From NCBI GenBank assembly GCA_041287365.1, contig JBEULL010000004.1:8353-72352 (forward strand): DNA of 64,000 nt, written 5' to 3'. Origin of the DNA: Dissulfuribacterales bacterium. GTDB taxonomy: Bacteria > Desulfobacterota > Dissulfuribacteria > Dissulfuribacterales > DYLC01. Below the pieces are notes generated by a model. The model made no database searches, was not told the DNA's origin, and saw only the letters and a program-made list of their open reading frames with translations. Below, piece after piece: positions 27,734-37,619 of the stretch (position 1 is the first letter of the stretch; each line of letters opens with the position of its first letter). A program made the position numbers and the translations under genes.

Positions 27734-28275
27734 GGTTGGTGCACTATCCTGTTTTGAATCGTGAGGGCGAGTTGATCGTTTCCGCGGTTACCAATCTGGA
27801 TATACACGATGTTGCCCGTGCAGCCGCCACCTATGGTGTGACGAATTTTTTTGTAATCACCCCCATCGAGCGTCAAATGGCCTTGACACGGGAGATTATC
27901 GGGCACTGGTTGACAGGAGTGGGTGGAACCCTGAATGCGGACAGGAAAAGGGCTATGGAAACGGTCAGAGTGGTGTCGTCTGTGGAGGAGGCCTTGGCTG
28001 CAATCAAGACCAAACATGGTTTGGCACCTGAAGTCTATGCTACTACCGCCTGTAAGCATGCCGATGCTGTTTCATGGAGGTATTTGAGAAATCGTATGGA
28101 TATGGAGGCTGTTCCTGTATGTCTGCTGTTCGGAACCGCTTCCGGGTTGGCTATGGAACTGCTGGGGCGAGTCAATGGTGTTTTAGAACCTATATATGGC
28201 GTAGGGGATTACAATCATTTGTCTGTGCGCAGTGCTGTTTCTGTGGCATTGGATAGATTGTTTGGATGTTATTAG
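27715..28275 (+). CDS. Predicted SPOUT-type SAM-dependent RNA methyltransferase (Methyltrn_RNA_4-like)
   Basis: MRYIGLVHYPVLNREGELIVSAVTNLDIHDVARAAATYGV pattern recalled for this family; embedded between trmD and rplS. No search was run. Confidence 0.55.
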   Translation: MVMRYIGLVHYPVLNREGELIVSAVTNLDIHDVARAAATYGVTNFFVITPIERQMALTREIIGHWLTGVGGTLNADRKRAMETVRVVSSVEEALAAIKTKHGLAPEVYATTACKHADAVSWRYLRNRMDMEAVPVCLLFGTASGLAMELLGRVNGVLEPIYGVGDYNHLSVRSAVSVALDRLFGCY

Positions 28276-28329
28276 TAGGGGTGGCATGCCGCGCCCCTGC
28301 ATTTATCTGTGTAAAAGGAGATTGTTTTT

Positions 28330-28695
28330 ATGGATTTAATCAGAAGACTTGAACTTGAGGAAATGCGTAGGGATATTCCGGCCTTCAGGCCTGGCGATGT
28401 GGTCCGTGTGCATGCCAAGATTCAGGAGACCGAGGAAAAGGAACGCATACAGGTCTTTGAGGGTGTTGTGATCACGAGGCGCGGGGGCGGGCTGGGTGAG
28501 ACCTTTATCGTAAGGAAGGATTCCTTTGGCGTGGGAGTGGAGCGTATCTTTCCTGTCCATTCACCCCGTATAGAAAAGATAGAATTGGTGGAACAGGGCA
28601 GACATAACAGGTCCAAGCTCTATTATCTGCGTGATTTGCGCGGCAAGGCCGCTCGCCACAAGATCAGAAAACGCACTCTGGTGGCGCATTCATAG
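28330..28695 (+). CDS. rplS: 50S ribosomal protein L19
   Basis: [30 protein letters not shown]...RRGGGL. Confidence 0.97.
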   Translation: MDLIRRLELEEMRRDIPAFRPGDVVRVHAKIQETEEKERIQVFEGVVITRRGGGLGETFIVRKDSFGVGVERIFPVHSPRIEKIELVEQGRHNRSKLYYLRDLRGKAARHKIRKRTLVAHS

Positions 28696-28760
28696 TCTTG
28701 TTCGATTCAGAGGAGGTCTGATTTGACCATTGATCAGCCCTCCGATCATAGCTTTTACAA

Positions 28761-29414
28761 GTGAACTGCGCTGAATGTCCGGATATGTTGAAGCTCGAGA
28801 CCGTCTTGTGGTCCGAGGGCGTGCATGTGGTGGCAGGACTGGACGAGGTGGGTCGTGGATGTATAGCCGGTCCGGTGGTGGCCTCTGCCGTTGTGCTGAG
28901 TCCAGTTTCCGCCAACACCTTATATAAGGCTGGCGTGAGGGATTCCAAGGCGCTTTCTGCAGGTCGCAGGGAGGCGCTGAATCGGATCATTAGGGAATGT
29001 GCCGCGGATGTGGCCGTGGGTGTGGTATGGCCCGAGGAGATAGACCGTCTGAACATATTGCAGGCAAGCCTGAAGGCCATGGCCGTTGCTGTCGCCGGCC
29101 TTGTCCATAGGCCGAATATGCTTTTGGTGGATGGGAATCAGCATGTCCCGTGTGATATTCCGCAACATGCTGTGGTCAAGGGCGATTCTTGTTCTGTTTC
29201 CATAGCAGCGGCTTCAATCATTGCCAAGGTCTATCGGGACGGGCTTATGTGCCGCCTTGACGCAGAGTATCCAGAATATTTGTTTCACAAGCATAAAGGA
29301 TATCCCACTCAGGAACACATAGCGGCCCTGGAACGTCATGGTGTCTCGAATTTGCACAGAAAGAGTTTCGGGCCGGTCAAAAGGTGTGTGGTGAATGGAG
29401 TCTCTCTATTTTGA
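28761..29414 (+). CDS. rnhB: Ribonuclease HII
   Basis: VAGLDEVGRGCIAGPVVASAVV and HKGYPTQEHIAALERHG. GTG start at 28761, or ATG at 28785. Confidence 0.93.
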   Translation: MNCAECPDMLKLETVLWSEGVHVVAGLDEVGRGCIAGPVVASAVVLSPVSANTLYKAGVRDSKALSAGRREALNRIIRECAADVAVGVVWPEEIDRLNILQASLKAMAVAVAGLVHRPNMLLVDGNQHVPCDIPQHAVVKGDSCSVSIAAASIIAKVYRDGLMCRLDAEYPEYLFHKHKGYPTQEHIAALERHGVSNLHRKSFGPVKRCVVNGVSLF

Positions 29415-29490
29415 TTGCAATCCGATTGTAACATATTCGGCATTTACAGGCCAAACAAAGAGGTTATAAGTCTCAAGAGGGTTTTGTGGA

Positions 29491-29892
29491 GTGAACAAGA
29501 CGGGTGCAGCCTCCATCGGTGGCATGGCGGAAGAGTTGGCCGCAGAATATCTCATAAAAAGGCGCTATGATATCCTTGAAAGAAATTACAAGACCAGATG
29601 GGGTGAAATCGACATCATAGCCATGGATGGTTCGACTCTGGTTTTTGTGGAGGTCAAGGCAAGAAGGGGTGAAGGTTGCGGTCTGCCGCAAGAGGCTGTG
29701 AGTAGGCAAAAGCAGTACAAAATTATTCGTATGGCGCAACAATATATGTCTCAATGTGACTATAGGGGCAAAAAAGATTTCGTTTTTGAGCGGCCTGTTC
29801 GGTTTGATGTGCTGGCGATTCAATGGCAGGGTGGTGTCCCGCTGATAGAACACATACTTCATGCCTTCGATACAACGGATTTACCGGTATAG
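29491..29892 (+). CDS. YraN family endonuclease (UPF0102)
   Basis: AAEYLIKRRYDILERNYKTRWGEIDIIAMDGSTLVFVEVKAR. Confidence 0.88.
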   Translation: MNKTGAASIGGMAEELAAEYLIKRRYDILERNYKTRWGEIDIIAMDGSTLVFVEVKARRGEGCGLPQEAVSRQKQYKIIRMAQQYMSQCDYRGKKDFVFERPVRFDVLAIQWQGGVPLIEHILHAFDTTDLPV

Positions 29893-29934
29893 CGTTCATG
29901 TCATGTTCTTTTCGGGCTGAAAAAGAGGTGTAAT

Positions 29935-31326
29935 ATGTCCGCACGAGTACAGAAAGAGATAATGGAAAGCAAGACCTTGCTGTTGCAGCTGTCGTCTTTG
30001 GTGGAAGAGGCTGTGAGGACTGCTGTCATGGCATTTCAGAAAAGCGATTCTACATTGGCTGAGCTGGTCATTCAAAGGGACAACGATGTGGATCTGCTGG
30101 AAGAGAGAATAGATTCAGTGGTACTGACGGCATTGGCCCTGCGTCAACCCATGGCATCGGATCTGCGCTTTCTCACCTCTGCACAGCAGATCGCCTCGCA
30201 GCTGGAGCGAGTGGGGGATCATGCCGTCAACATCGCCAGGCAGGTTAAGGGGCTGGCGGAGACCGTCAATGCCACTGACTCGCAGTCAGCTTTAGAGCTT
30301 CGTTCCTCCTCGACCATAAGAGATATGGCCAATCTTGCCATTCAGATGCTGGGAGAGAGCATCAATGCCTTTGTGCAGCAGAATGCACAACTTGCCCGTT
30401 CTGTCAGGCAGAAGGATTCCCATGTGGACGAACTGTATGCACAAGTAAAGCAGGAGGAGATGGCGCTCATAGGGCAAAACCGCAGGGAGGTTATGCCGGG
30501 TGTCAGTAATATTATGCTGGCCATGAATATGGAACGCATAGCGGATCTTGCCACCAATATCGCTGAAGATGTTATCTTTATGCTGGAAGGTAAACTTATG
30601 CGTCACGATTTCGAATACGATCAGACTAAAGGCGCAGGGGATTCGGTGAGCAGCATCGGTAGCTGTCCTACCAAACCAGGTCAGATGAGAGAGCCCCTTG
30701 AGTGTCTGGAGAGACATGCCGTGCAGGTGCACGAGTGTCTGAATAAGGCAATCAACGGACTCAAGGCATATGTGGCCATGGATGAAGCCGGATTCAAACA
30801 ATGTTTTGAAGGGGTTTCCGAGCTGGAGCATGGAGCCGATCTAATCAAACGAAACGTGAGGGCGCATCTTCCCAAAGGCATTATCATGCCCATTGACAAG
30901 TTCGAGCTGTTTCTGTATGTCAACGAGCAGGATGGTATAGCGGATGTGTGTGAGGATGTAATGGAGTGGCTTAGATATCGCCGGATTCAATTGCCATCCT
31001 CCATCGCAGAAGATACTGTCAGGCTTTTCGAGCAGTGTGGCGTGGTGGTGTGTGGTCTGTCACAGATCATTCAGGATGCCAGAGAATACTTCAAGACAGG
31101 CAACGACACGATTCGAACCCGTGTCAAAGATGCCATTTTGACACTGCGTTCAAGAGAGCATCAGGCGGACGTGATGGAAAACAGTCTGAAGCAGCAGATT
31201 TTTGATATATACCCAGACGATATGTTTCCCATCTATTTTCTCGTACGACTCGTGGAACTCATTGGCCGCACGGCTGATCAAGCCGAGAGCGCCGCTGATA
31301 TTATGCGTTCCATGATCGCAAAATAG
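29935..31326 (+). CDS. PhoU-domain / DUF47 (PhoU_div) fusion protein
   Basis: The N-terminal half has two PhoU repeats ([14 protein letters not shown]; [14 protein letters not shown]). The C-terminal ~210 aa has DUF47-like helices ([47 protein letters not shown] ... [12 protein letters not shown] ... [15 protein letters not shown]). Confidence 0.75.
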   Translation: MSARVQKEIMESKTLLLQLSSLVEEAVRTAVMAFQKSDSTLAELVIQRDNDVDLLEERIDSVVLTALALRQPMASDLRFLTSAQQIASQLERVGDHAVNIARQVKGLAETVNATDSQSALELRSSSTIRDMANLAIQMLGESINAFVQQNAQLARSVRQKDSHVDELYAQVKQEEMALIGQNRREVMPGVSNIMLAMNMERIADLATNIAEDVIFMLEGKLMRHDFEYDQTKGAGDSVSSIGSCPTKPGQMREPLECLERHAVQVHECLNKAINGLKAYVAMDEAGFKQCFEGVSELEHGADLIKRNVRAHLPKGIIMPIDKFELFLYVNEQDGIADVCEDVMEWLRYRRIQLPSSIAEDTVRLFEQCGVVVCGLSQIIQDAREYFKTGNDTIRTRVKDAILTLRSREHQADVMENSLKQQIFDIYPDDMFPIYFLVRLVELIGRTADQAESAADIMRSMIAK

Positions 31327-31330
31327 GCTG

Positions 31331-32353
31331 GTGCAAATGTCCATAAATTCCATTCTGATTACAGGTGCCGCCGGTTTCATAGGCTTTCATCTTTCCAAAA
31401 GACTTCTGGAAGAGGGCAAGACGGTTATCGGCATAGACAACTTTTCATCCTATTATGACCCTTCTTTGAAAGAAGCTAGAGCGGCCATTCTGCTTGACTA
31501 TTCGCGTTTCACCCTTGAACGTGTGGATATGTCGAATCGGACTGTGATGCCGGAGATATTCCGAAGACACAGCCCGGAGGCGGTGGTCAATCTGGCAGCC
31601 CAGGCGGGCGTCAGGTATTCCCTCAAGAACCCTCATTCTTACGTGGATACGAATCTTGTGGGTTTTGTGAATATTCTCGAGGGTTGCCGTCACAACGGAG
31701 TCAAGCATCTTATATTCGCCTCATCCAGTTCCGTGTACGGTGCAAATACCAAAATGCCTTTTTCAGTGCATCACAATGTGGATCACCCTGTTTCATTATA
31801 TGCCGCCACCAAAAAGGCCAACGAGCTCATGGCCCATTCCTATGCCCATCTTTACGGTTTGCCTTGCACCGGCCTGCGTTTTTTTACTGTGTATGGTCCG
31901 TGGGGCAGACCTGATATGGCGTTGTTTCTGTTTACAAGGGCCATTCTGGAAGGCAGGGCCATAGACGTCTTCAACTATGGTAAGATGAAAAGGGATTTTA
32001 CATACATAGATGACATCGTAGAGGGTGTAGTACGAGTGATTCAGCGTGTTCCCAAAGGTAATGCGGATTGGAGCGGAGACGCCCCTGATCCATCCAGCAG
32101 TTACGCCCCTTATCGTCTTTATAACATCGGTAACAACAATCCCGTGGAATTGATGCGTTATATCGAGGTGCTGGAGGATACCCTGGGCATCAAGGCTCAA
32201 AAGAACCTGCTTCCCATGCAGGCCGGAGATGTGCCGGCCACCTATGCCGATGTGGAAGACCTGGAGCGGGATGTGGGCTTCAAACCCGCTATCTCCCTCG
32301 AGGAGGGTATTCCGCGTTTTGTGCGATGGTTTCGGGAGTATTATAAAATCTGA
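31331..32353 (+). CDS. NAD-dependent epimerase (UDP-glucuronate 4-epimerase-like)
   Basis: [19 protein letters not shown] catalytic motif; adjacent to ugd. An ATG lies at 31337. Confidence 0.85.
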   Translation: MQMSINSILITGAAGFIGFHLSKRLLEEGKTVIGIDNFSSYYDPSLKEARAAILLDYSRFTLERVDMSNRTVMPEIFRRHSPEAVVNLAAQAGVRYSLKNPHSYVDTNLVGFVNILEGCRHNGVKHLIFASSSSVYGANTKMPFSVHHNVDHPVSLYAATKKANELMAHSYAHLYGLPCTGLRFFTVYGPWGRPDMALFLFTRAILEGRAIDVFNYGKMKRDFTYIDDIVEGVVRVIQRVPKGNADWSGDAPDPSSSYAPYRLYNIGNNNPVELMRYIEVLEDTLGIKAQKNLLPMQAGDVPATYADVEDLERDVGFKPAISLEEGIPRFVRWFREYYKI

Positions 32354-32460
32354 TGGTCTTGTAAAAAATATTAGCAGAGAAGGGCTATGGCAAAAAAACG
32401 CCAACTGCAAGGCACTCAAATGAATTTTGAATGTTAAAGGCTGAATGTTGAATCAAGGTT
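32348..32460 (+). repeat. MITE-like dispersed repeat, copy C (short-tail variant)
   Basis: GATGGTCTTGTAAAAAATATTAGCAGAGAAGGGCTATGGCAAAAAAACGCCAACTGCAAGGCACTCAAATGAATTTTGAATGTTAAAGGCTGAATGTTGAATCAAGGTT. Overlaps the epimerase stop codon and ends 12 nt before the ugd ATG. Confidence 0.7.
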
Positions 32461-32472
32461 AGAGGAAATTTT

Positions 32473-33816
32473 ATGCATATAACTGTAATCGGTACAGGTT
32501 ATGTCGGGCTGGTGGCTGGTGCCGGCTTGGCTGATTTTGGTATGGATGTCATCTGTGTGGACAAGAATGCCAGCAAGATAGAGATGTTGAATCAGGGGCA
32601 GCTGCCGTTTTACGAGCCAGGTCTGAAAGAACTGGTGGAGCGCAACTTTCAGAACGGCAGATTGTCTTTCAGCACGGATTTGAAGGCCGCTGTGGAACGT
32701 TCACTGGTCATCTTTCTTGGCGTAGGCACACCTTCCGACGGCGAGGGAGGCGTCGATCTCTCCGCTGTGCGGGAAGTCGCTATGGAGATAGCAAAATATC
32801 TAAATGATTACAAGGTGCTTGTCACCAAAAGCACGGTACCTGTGGGTACTAACCGCTGGCTGAAGTCGTTCATAGATGAACACAAGACAGTTGCAGTGGA
32901 AGTGGATGTGGTCTCCAATCCCGAGTTTCTGCGCGAAGGGTCTGCGGTGGAGGATTTCATGAGGCCTAATCGCCTGGTGCTCGGTTCCGACAGCCCAAAG
33001 GCCCTTGCCATAGTGAAGGATATCTACCGGCCTTTGTATCTGATCGAGACCCCTTTTGTGGAGACCACCCTTGAAACAGCCGAAATGATCAAATACGCAT
33101 CCAATGCCTTTCTTGCCACCAAGATATCTTTTATCAACGAGGTGGCCAATCTATGTGAAAAGGTCGGAGCGGATGTGCATGCAGTTGCCAAGGCCATGGG
33201 TTTGGACAGAAGGATCGGCCCCAAGTTCCTGCACCCGGGTCCTGGTTATGGCGGCTCCTGTTTTCCCAAGGATACCCTCGCATTCGCCCTGATGGGCAGA
33301 CAGCACAATGCCAGACTGCACATCGTGGATGCGGTTATAGAGGTGAACGCCCGGCAACGCGCCAATACGTTTTTGAAGCTTCAAAACGCCCTTGGAGGCA
33401 GCCTGAAAGATCAGGTTGTCGCTATACTCGGGCTTTCTTTCAAACCCAACACCAGCGATATTCGAGAGGCGCCTTCTATCTTTCTGGTAAAGGCCTTGCT
33501 GGAGCAGGGCGCTATTGTGCGTTGCTATGATCCCGCTGCCATGGAGGAGTTCAAGCGGCTTTATTCAGAAGACGTCGTTTATTATGCCTCTAATCCTTAT
33601 GATGCCGCGAGAGGCGCCGTTGCTTTGGTGATCCTGACCGAATGGAACGAATTTAGAAACTTGAACATGCAGGAGATTAGGCTGGTGATGGCGAACAAGG
33701 AAAGGGCTCCTGTGGTACTGGACATGAGAAATATCTATGATCCCGCCAAAATGGTGGCTATGGGGTTCCGTTATGATTGCGTGGGCAGACCCGTGCCGAG
33801 AGATAGTGTTGCGTGA
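32473..33816 (+). CDS. ugd: UDP-glucose 6-dehydrogenase
   Basis: MHITVIGTGYVGLVAGAGLA, GGSCFPKD catalytic Cys. Confidence 0.95.
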   Translation: MHITVIGTGYVGLVAGAGLADFGMDVICVDKNASKIEMLNQGQLPFYEPGLKELVERNFQNGRLSFSTDLKAAVERSLVIFLGVGTPSDGEGGVDLSAVREVAMEIAKYLNDYKVLVTKSTVPVGTNRWLKSFIDEHKTVAVEVDVVSNPEFLREGSAVEDFMRPNRLVLGSDSPKALAIVKDIYRPLYLIETPFVETTLETAEMIKYASNAFLATKISFINEVANLCEKVGADVHAVAKAMGLDRRIGPKFLHPGPGYGGSCFPKDTLAFALMGRQHNARLHIVDAVIEVNARQRANTFLKLQNALGGSLKDQVVAILGLSFKPNTSDIREAPSIFLVKALLEQGAIVRCYDPAAMEEFKRLYSEDVVYYASNPYDAARGAVALVILTEWNEFRNLNMQEIRLVMANKERAPVVLDMRNIYDPAKMVAMGFRYDCVGRPVPRDSVA

Positions 33817-33818
33817 GG

Positions 33819-35573
33819 CTAAACCATATCTGTGGGGCTGTCCCTGAAGAGCTGCTTGTGAATGGCGCTTTTGAGTTGCTCCAGCCCCATATCATGTGTG
33901 GCTGAAATGGCCAGCTCTTTCAAAGACATCCGTTCCCGTAATATCCGCAACCCTTCCTCTCCCAACAGGTCGATTTTGTTCCACACCAATATGCGTGGAG
34001 TACCAACCATGCCCATTTCTTCAAGTATTTCATCGATAACCCGTATTTCCTCGTCTTTGTAGCGGCTGGTTGCATCCAGTATCTGTAAAAACAGATCCGC
34101 TTCGTGCAGCTCTTCCAGTGTGGCCTTGAATGCCACCTTAAGGTCGTTGGGCATGTCGCTGATGAAGCCCACTGTGTCTGAAAGTAGTATCTTTCGGCCG
34201 TCCGGAAAATACAGCCTGCGGATGGCAGGATCGAGTGTGGCAAAAAGGCGGTCTTCGGCCAGTACATCGCTTCCTGTGAGTCTGTTGAACAGAGTGGATT
34301 TGCCGGCATTTGTATAGCCTATGAGGGCCGCCATGGGCAAGGCGCGTCTTTTTCTGGCCTTGCGTTGTTCCTGGCGTCTGGTGGAGAGCTGCTTCAGGCT
34401 GCGTTCCAGAGAGGCGATGCGATCGCGAATACGCCGTCTGTCCATCTCCAGCTTGGTCTCTCCAGGGCCTCTGCCGCCTATGCCTCCCATCAGTCTGGAC
34501 ATGGCCGTGCCTCGACCCATCAGGCGTGGCAGGGCGTAACGGAGTTGCGCCAGTTCCACCTGTATCTTGCCCTCACTGCTGCCTGCCCTGCGAGCGAAGA
34601 TGTCGAGAATCAGTTGAGTGCGGTCGATGACCTTCATGTCCACCAGATGCGCTATGTTGTTGATCTGCGCCGGAGACAGGTTCTGATCGAAAATTACCAG
34701 ACCTGCGCCGAGGTACATGCCTTGAATCAGAATCTCCTTGAGTTTACCCATGCCCAATAGATGAGCGGGGTCGTAGCGTTGAATGCGCTGTCGTATGGAG
34801 GCCAGTACCTTTACATTCGCTGATTCCGACAATGCCCTGAGCTCTTCAAGAGACCTGTCCATCTCATATCTTGGAAGAGGGCTTGCATGCACCAGAATAG
34901 CCGCCTCCTGATTTTTATTCGCATATATGGTGTTTTTTGCAATTTCTTTTTCGATCGAAAGAATGTCATTCATGAAATGCGCATGGATCGCAGATTGTGC
35001 CTCTTTATATCTGAATGTTCGATATGTTTTTTCGTGTGCATCTGCTTGGTCTTGGGCGTCGTTTTCAACGGTCGGTGGCGGCGTCGGATATCCGACATGT
35101 ATGAACCCAAGGTTTCCATTTTCAAGGGCTTCCACCACAATAAAGGCATCCAGTCTCAGTATGGCCATGTCGGTAATGTCCTCATGAGTCAGCCCATTGA
35201 GACCTCCGAGTTGTGTTCGTATGAAACGAAGTCCCTTGAGGTGATGAGGACTTCTCTTGTATGCGCTCAAATCAGGGATGGTGATACCGCGGGCGTCTCC
35301 TATGGCCACATGGCAGACATTTCCCTTTCTGTCGAGGGTGATGCCGAGAATGCGATGTATTTGAGAAGAGATACGGCACATCTCTCGGGCAAGTTCACAG
35401 GGTACCGGCTCCAGGGTATGGGCCCGTCTGCGGTATAGGTGTTTTATGGTTTTCAGTTCTAATGGGGAAAGCCCGATGGTGTTTGAGTAGAGTTTTATAA
35501 CTGTCTCCTGCGGAATGAGTTTATTGTATGTTATAGTAAGAAGCCCATTCTTCAATGTCAACGAACGGCGCAC
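33819..35573 (-). CDS. hflX: GTPase HflX with ~220-aa N-terminal extension
   Basis: HflX N-domain (AILVHAS...ELRALSESANVKVL), G-domain GYTNAGKSTLFNRLTG, DTVGF, NKIDL. 584 aa, compared with ~430 aa as I recall for typical HflX. Confidence 0.9.
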   Translation of the reverse strand: MRRSLTLKNGLLTITYNKLIPQETVIKLYSNTIGLSPLELKTIKHLYRRRAHTLEPVPCELAREMCRISSQIHRILGITLDRKGNVCHVAIGDARGITIPDLSAYKRSPHHLKGLRFIRTQLGGLNGLTHEDITDMAILRLDAFIVVEALENGNLGFIHVGYPTPPPTVENDAQDQADAHEKTYRTFRYKEAQSAIHAHFMNDILSIEKEIAKNTIYANKNQEAAILVHASPLPRYEMDRSLEELRALSESANVKVLASIRQRIQRYDPAHLLGMGKLKEILIQGMYLGAGLVIFDQNLSPAQINNIAHLVDMKVIDRTQLILDIFARRAGSSEGKIQVELAQLRYALPRLMGRGTAMSRLMGGIGGRGPGETKLEMDRRRIRDRIASLERSLKQLSTRRQEQRKARKRRALPMAALIGYTNAGKSTLFNRLTGSDVLAEDRLFATLDPAIRRLYFPDGRKILLSDTVGFISDMPNDLKVAFKATLEELHEADLFLQILDATSRYKDEEIRVIDEILEEMGMVGTPRILVWNKIDLLGEEGLRILRERMSLKELAISATHDMGLEQLKSAIHKQLFRDSPTDMV

Positions 35574-35735
35574 ATGCCGCTCTATTAGTCATCTTGTGCG
35601 ACGCTGACCCTTTGAGACGGGCATAATGTTTGTGTTTTGTTTTACTGATTACGGCTTATTTCAGACGGATGGGCTTGAAGATGTACTCAAAGTGGATTTA
35701 ATTGACGATATAAAAATAACTCTCGGGATTTTTTT

Positions 35736-37619
35736 GTGGACATACCGTTTTTACAACTCGTAAGAGAAAAGATTGTGCTTGGTGACGGCGCCATCGGTAC
35801 ATATCTATACGAAAAGGGCATAGACTTCGGCGCAAATACCGATATCCTGAATCTTACCGAGCCGGATGTGGTTTTCTCAGTGCATGAGGATTACATAAGG
35901 GCCGGCGCTCAGATAATAGAGACCAATACATTCGGTGCAAACAGGTTCAAGCTCAGACTCCACAAGGAGTATGAAGGCCGTGTCAGGGAGATCAATCTAT
36001 CTGCAGCGGCTCTGGCATCGAGGGCTGCCGGAAATGAGATATATGTCGCAGGGTCGGTAGGGCCCACCAGTGTGGATTTTCCCCTTGAGGCCGATATCTC
36101 GCGAGACGAGATAAAAGAGGTTTTTTCGGAACAGATTTTAGCCCTGTTGGAAGGCGGTGTGGATGCCCTTTTTATCGAGACATTCACTCACCTCGATGAA
36201 TTGATGATAGCGATAGAGGCTGCTCGGGATATTTCCTCCGATATTCCCATAGTGGCTCAGATGGTTTTTCCAACTCAGGGCAAGACGGCCCTGGGGCTCG
36301 ATGCAACGGTCTGTGCAGAAGCCGCTGTGTCCGCTGGGGCCGACATATTCGGTTCCAATTGCGGCCGGGGCGTCAAGGCCACTTTGGAGGCCATTCAGAA
36401 ACTTTCGGCCCTGAAGGATCGCATTCTGCTTTCAGCCTTTCCCAATGCAGGCATTCCGGAGATTGTAGGGCATCGCACCGTCTATCCCGCTCAGCCTGCC
36501 TACATGGCAAAGGCCATCGTGGAGATGACAAGGCTCGGTGCAAGGCTGGTGGGCGGGTGCTGCGGCACCACTCCGGGCCATATCCATGAGTTCAAAAAGG
36601 CGTTGCATCTGAAGGCCGTGCATGTGGTCTCTGGTTCTGCTGCAATCGTGCAAGGCGCCGGAAAAGAGCCGCTTGCACAGGAGTCGATCGGCGGTCGTGG
36701 CGGCCTGCTGGACGGCCTGGCGCGAAATCGAATTCCGATTCTAGTGGAACTGGATCCGCCTCAGCACCTGAATGTCACGGGTCTGATGGACGGGGCAAGG
36801 GCCTTGGCCGCCTCCGGTGTGGACGCCATCACTCTGGCGGAGCATCCATTGGCGATTCTCAGGGCGGACAATCTCTCGCTGGCCCATCTGATTCGCAGGG
36901 AGACTGGTGTTCAGACGGTCATGCACCTGACCTGCCGGGACAGGAATGTGCTGGGTTTGCAGGCCCAGATAATGGGGGCATATCTCCTGGGCATTGAGGC
37001 CATTTTGGCCATTACAGGTGATCCTGCCACCTCCAGCGATCAGCCCGGAGCAAACGGTGTCTTTGACCTGAATTCCATCGGTCTTATACGTCTTATCAGT
37101 CAGTTCAATCGGGGTTTGAACCTTGCAGGCGCTGACATGCGGAAAAAGACCAATTTTTCCATTGGAGCGGCCTTCAGCTATAGACCCTCCAATCCAGGGC
37201 TTCAGATCAAGAGACTGGAACAAAAAGTAGCCAATGGGGCCAATTTCGTCATGACGCAGCCCATATTCGATGCGGATGAGGTGGAGGCCATGATGGAGGC
37301 TGTCAGACATATAACTGCGCCCATATTCATCGGCATTTTTCCGCTTCTTTCGGCCAGAAATGCGGATTTTCTCCACAACGAGATACCGGGCATTAACGTG
37401 CCTTTCGGCATTCGCAAGACCCTGTGGAGCTATGAAAGGCCTGAAGACCAGCGCAAGGCGGCTATGGAATTCACGGAATCCATCATAGACAGGATTGCAT
37501 CGTGGGTGGATGGTCTTTATATCATAAGTCCTTTGAATAAATGGGATGTTTCCGCAATGTTTGTGAACAAAATCAGAAAGGCAGGCTTCAAGGGCAGCGG
37601 TAAGGTTCATAACATATGA
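35736..37619 (+). CDS. Bifunctional homocysteine S-methyltransferase / 5,10-methylenetetrahydrofolate reductase (YitJ-like)
   Basis: N-terminal Hcy-binding domain (LGDGAIGTYL...GGCCGTTPGHI) followed by an MTHFR domain (VELDPP...MHLTCRD...ILAITGD). GTG start. Confidence 0.88.
   Translation: MDIPFLQLVREKIVLGDGAIGTYLYEKGIDFGANTDILNLTEPDVVFSVHEDYIRAGAQIIETNTFGANRFKLRLHKEYEGRVREINLSAAALASRAAGNEIYVAGSVGPTSVDFPLEADISRDEIKEVFSEQILALLEGGVDALFIETFTHLDELMIAIEAARDISSDIPIVAQMVFPTQGKTALGLDATVCAEAAVSAGADIFGSNCGRGVKATLEAIQKLSALKDRILLSAFPNAGIPEIVGHRTVYPAQPAYMAKAIVEMTRLGARLVGGCCGTTPGHIHEFKKALHLKAVHVVSGSAAIVQGAGKEPLAQESIGGRGGLLDGLARNRIPILVELDPPQHLNVTGLMDGARALAASGVDAITLAEHPLAILRADNLSLAHLIRRETGVQTVMHLTCRDRNVLGLQAQIMGAYLLGIEAILAITGDPATSSDQPGANGVFDLNSIGLIRLISQFNRGLNLAGADMRKKTNFSIGAAFSYRPSNPGLQIKRLEQKVANGANFVMTQPIFDADEVEAMMEAVRHITAPIFIGIFPLLSARNADFLHNEIPGINVPFGIRKTLWSYERPEDQRKAAMEFTESIIDRIASWVDGLYIISPLNKWDVSAMFVNKIRKAGFKGSGKVHNI

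Noticed and set aside
35574-35735. Possible S-box/SAM riboswitch upstream of the YitJ-like Hcy-methyltransferase/MTHFR gene; B. subtilis yitJ is S-box controlled.
   Set aside because: I could not find the conserved S-box core elements or a terminator/antiterminator arrangement in the 160-nt leader. A cmscan search would be needed to be sure.
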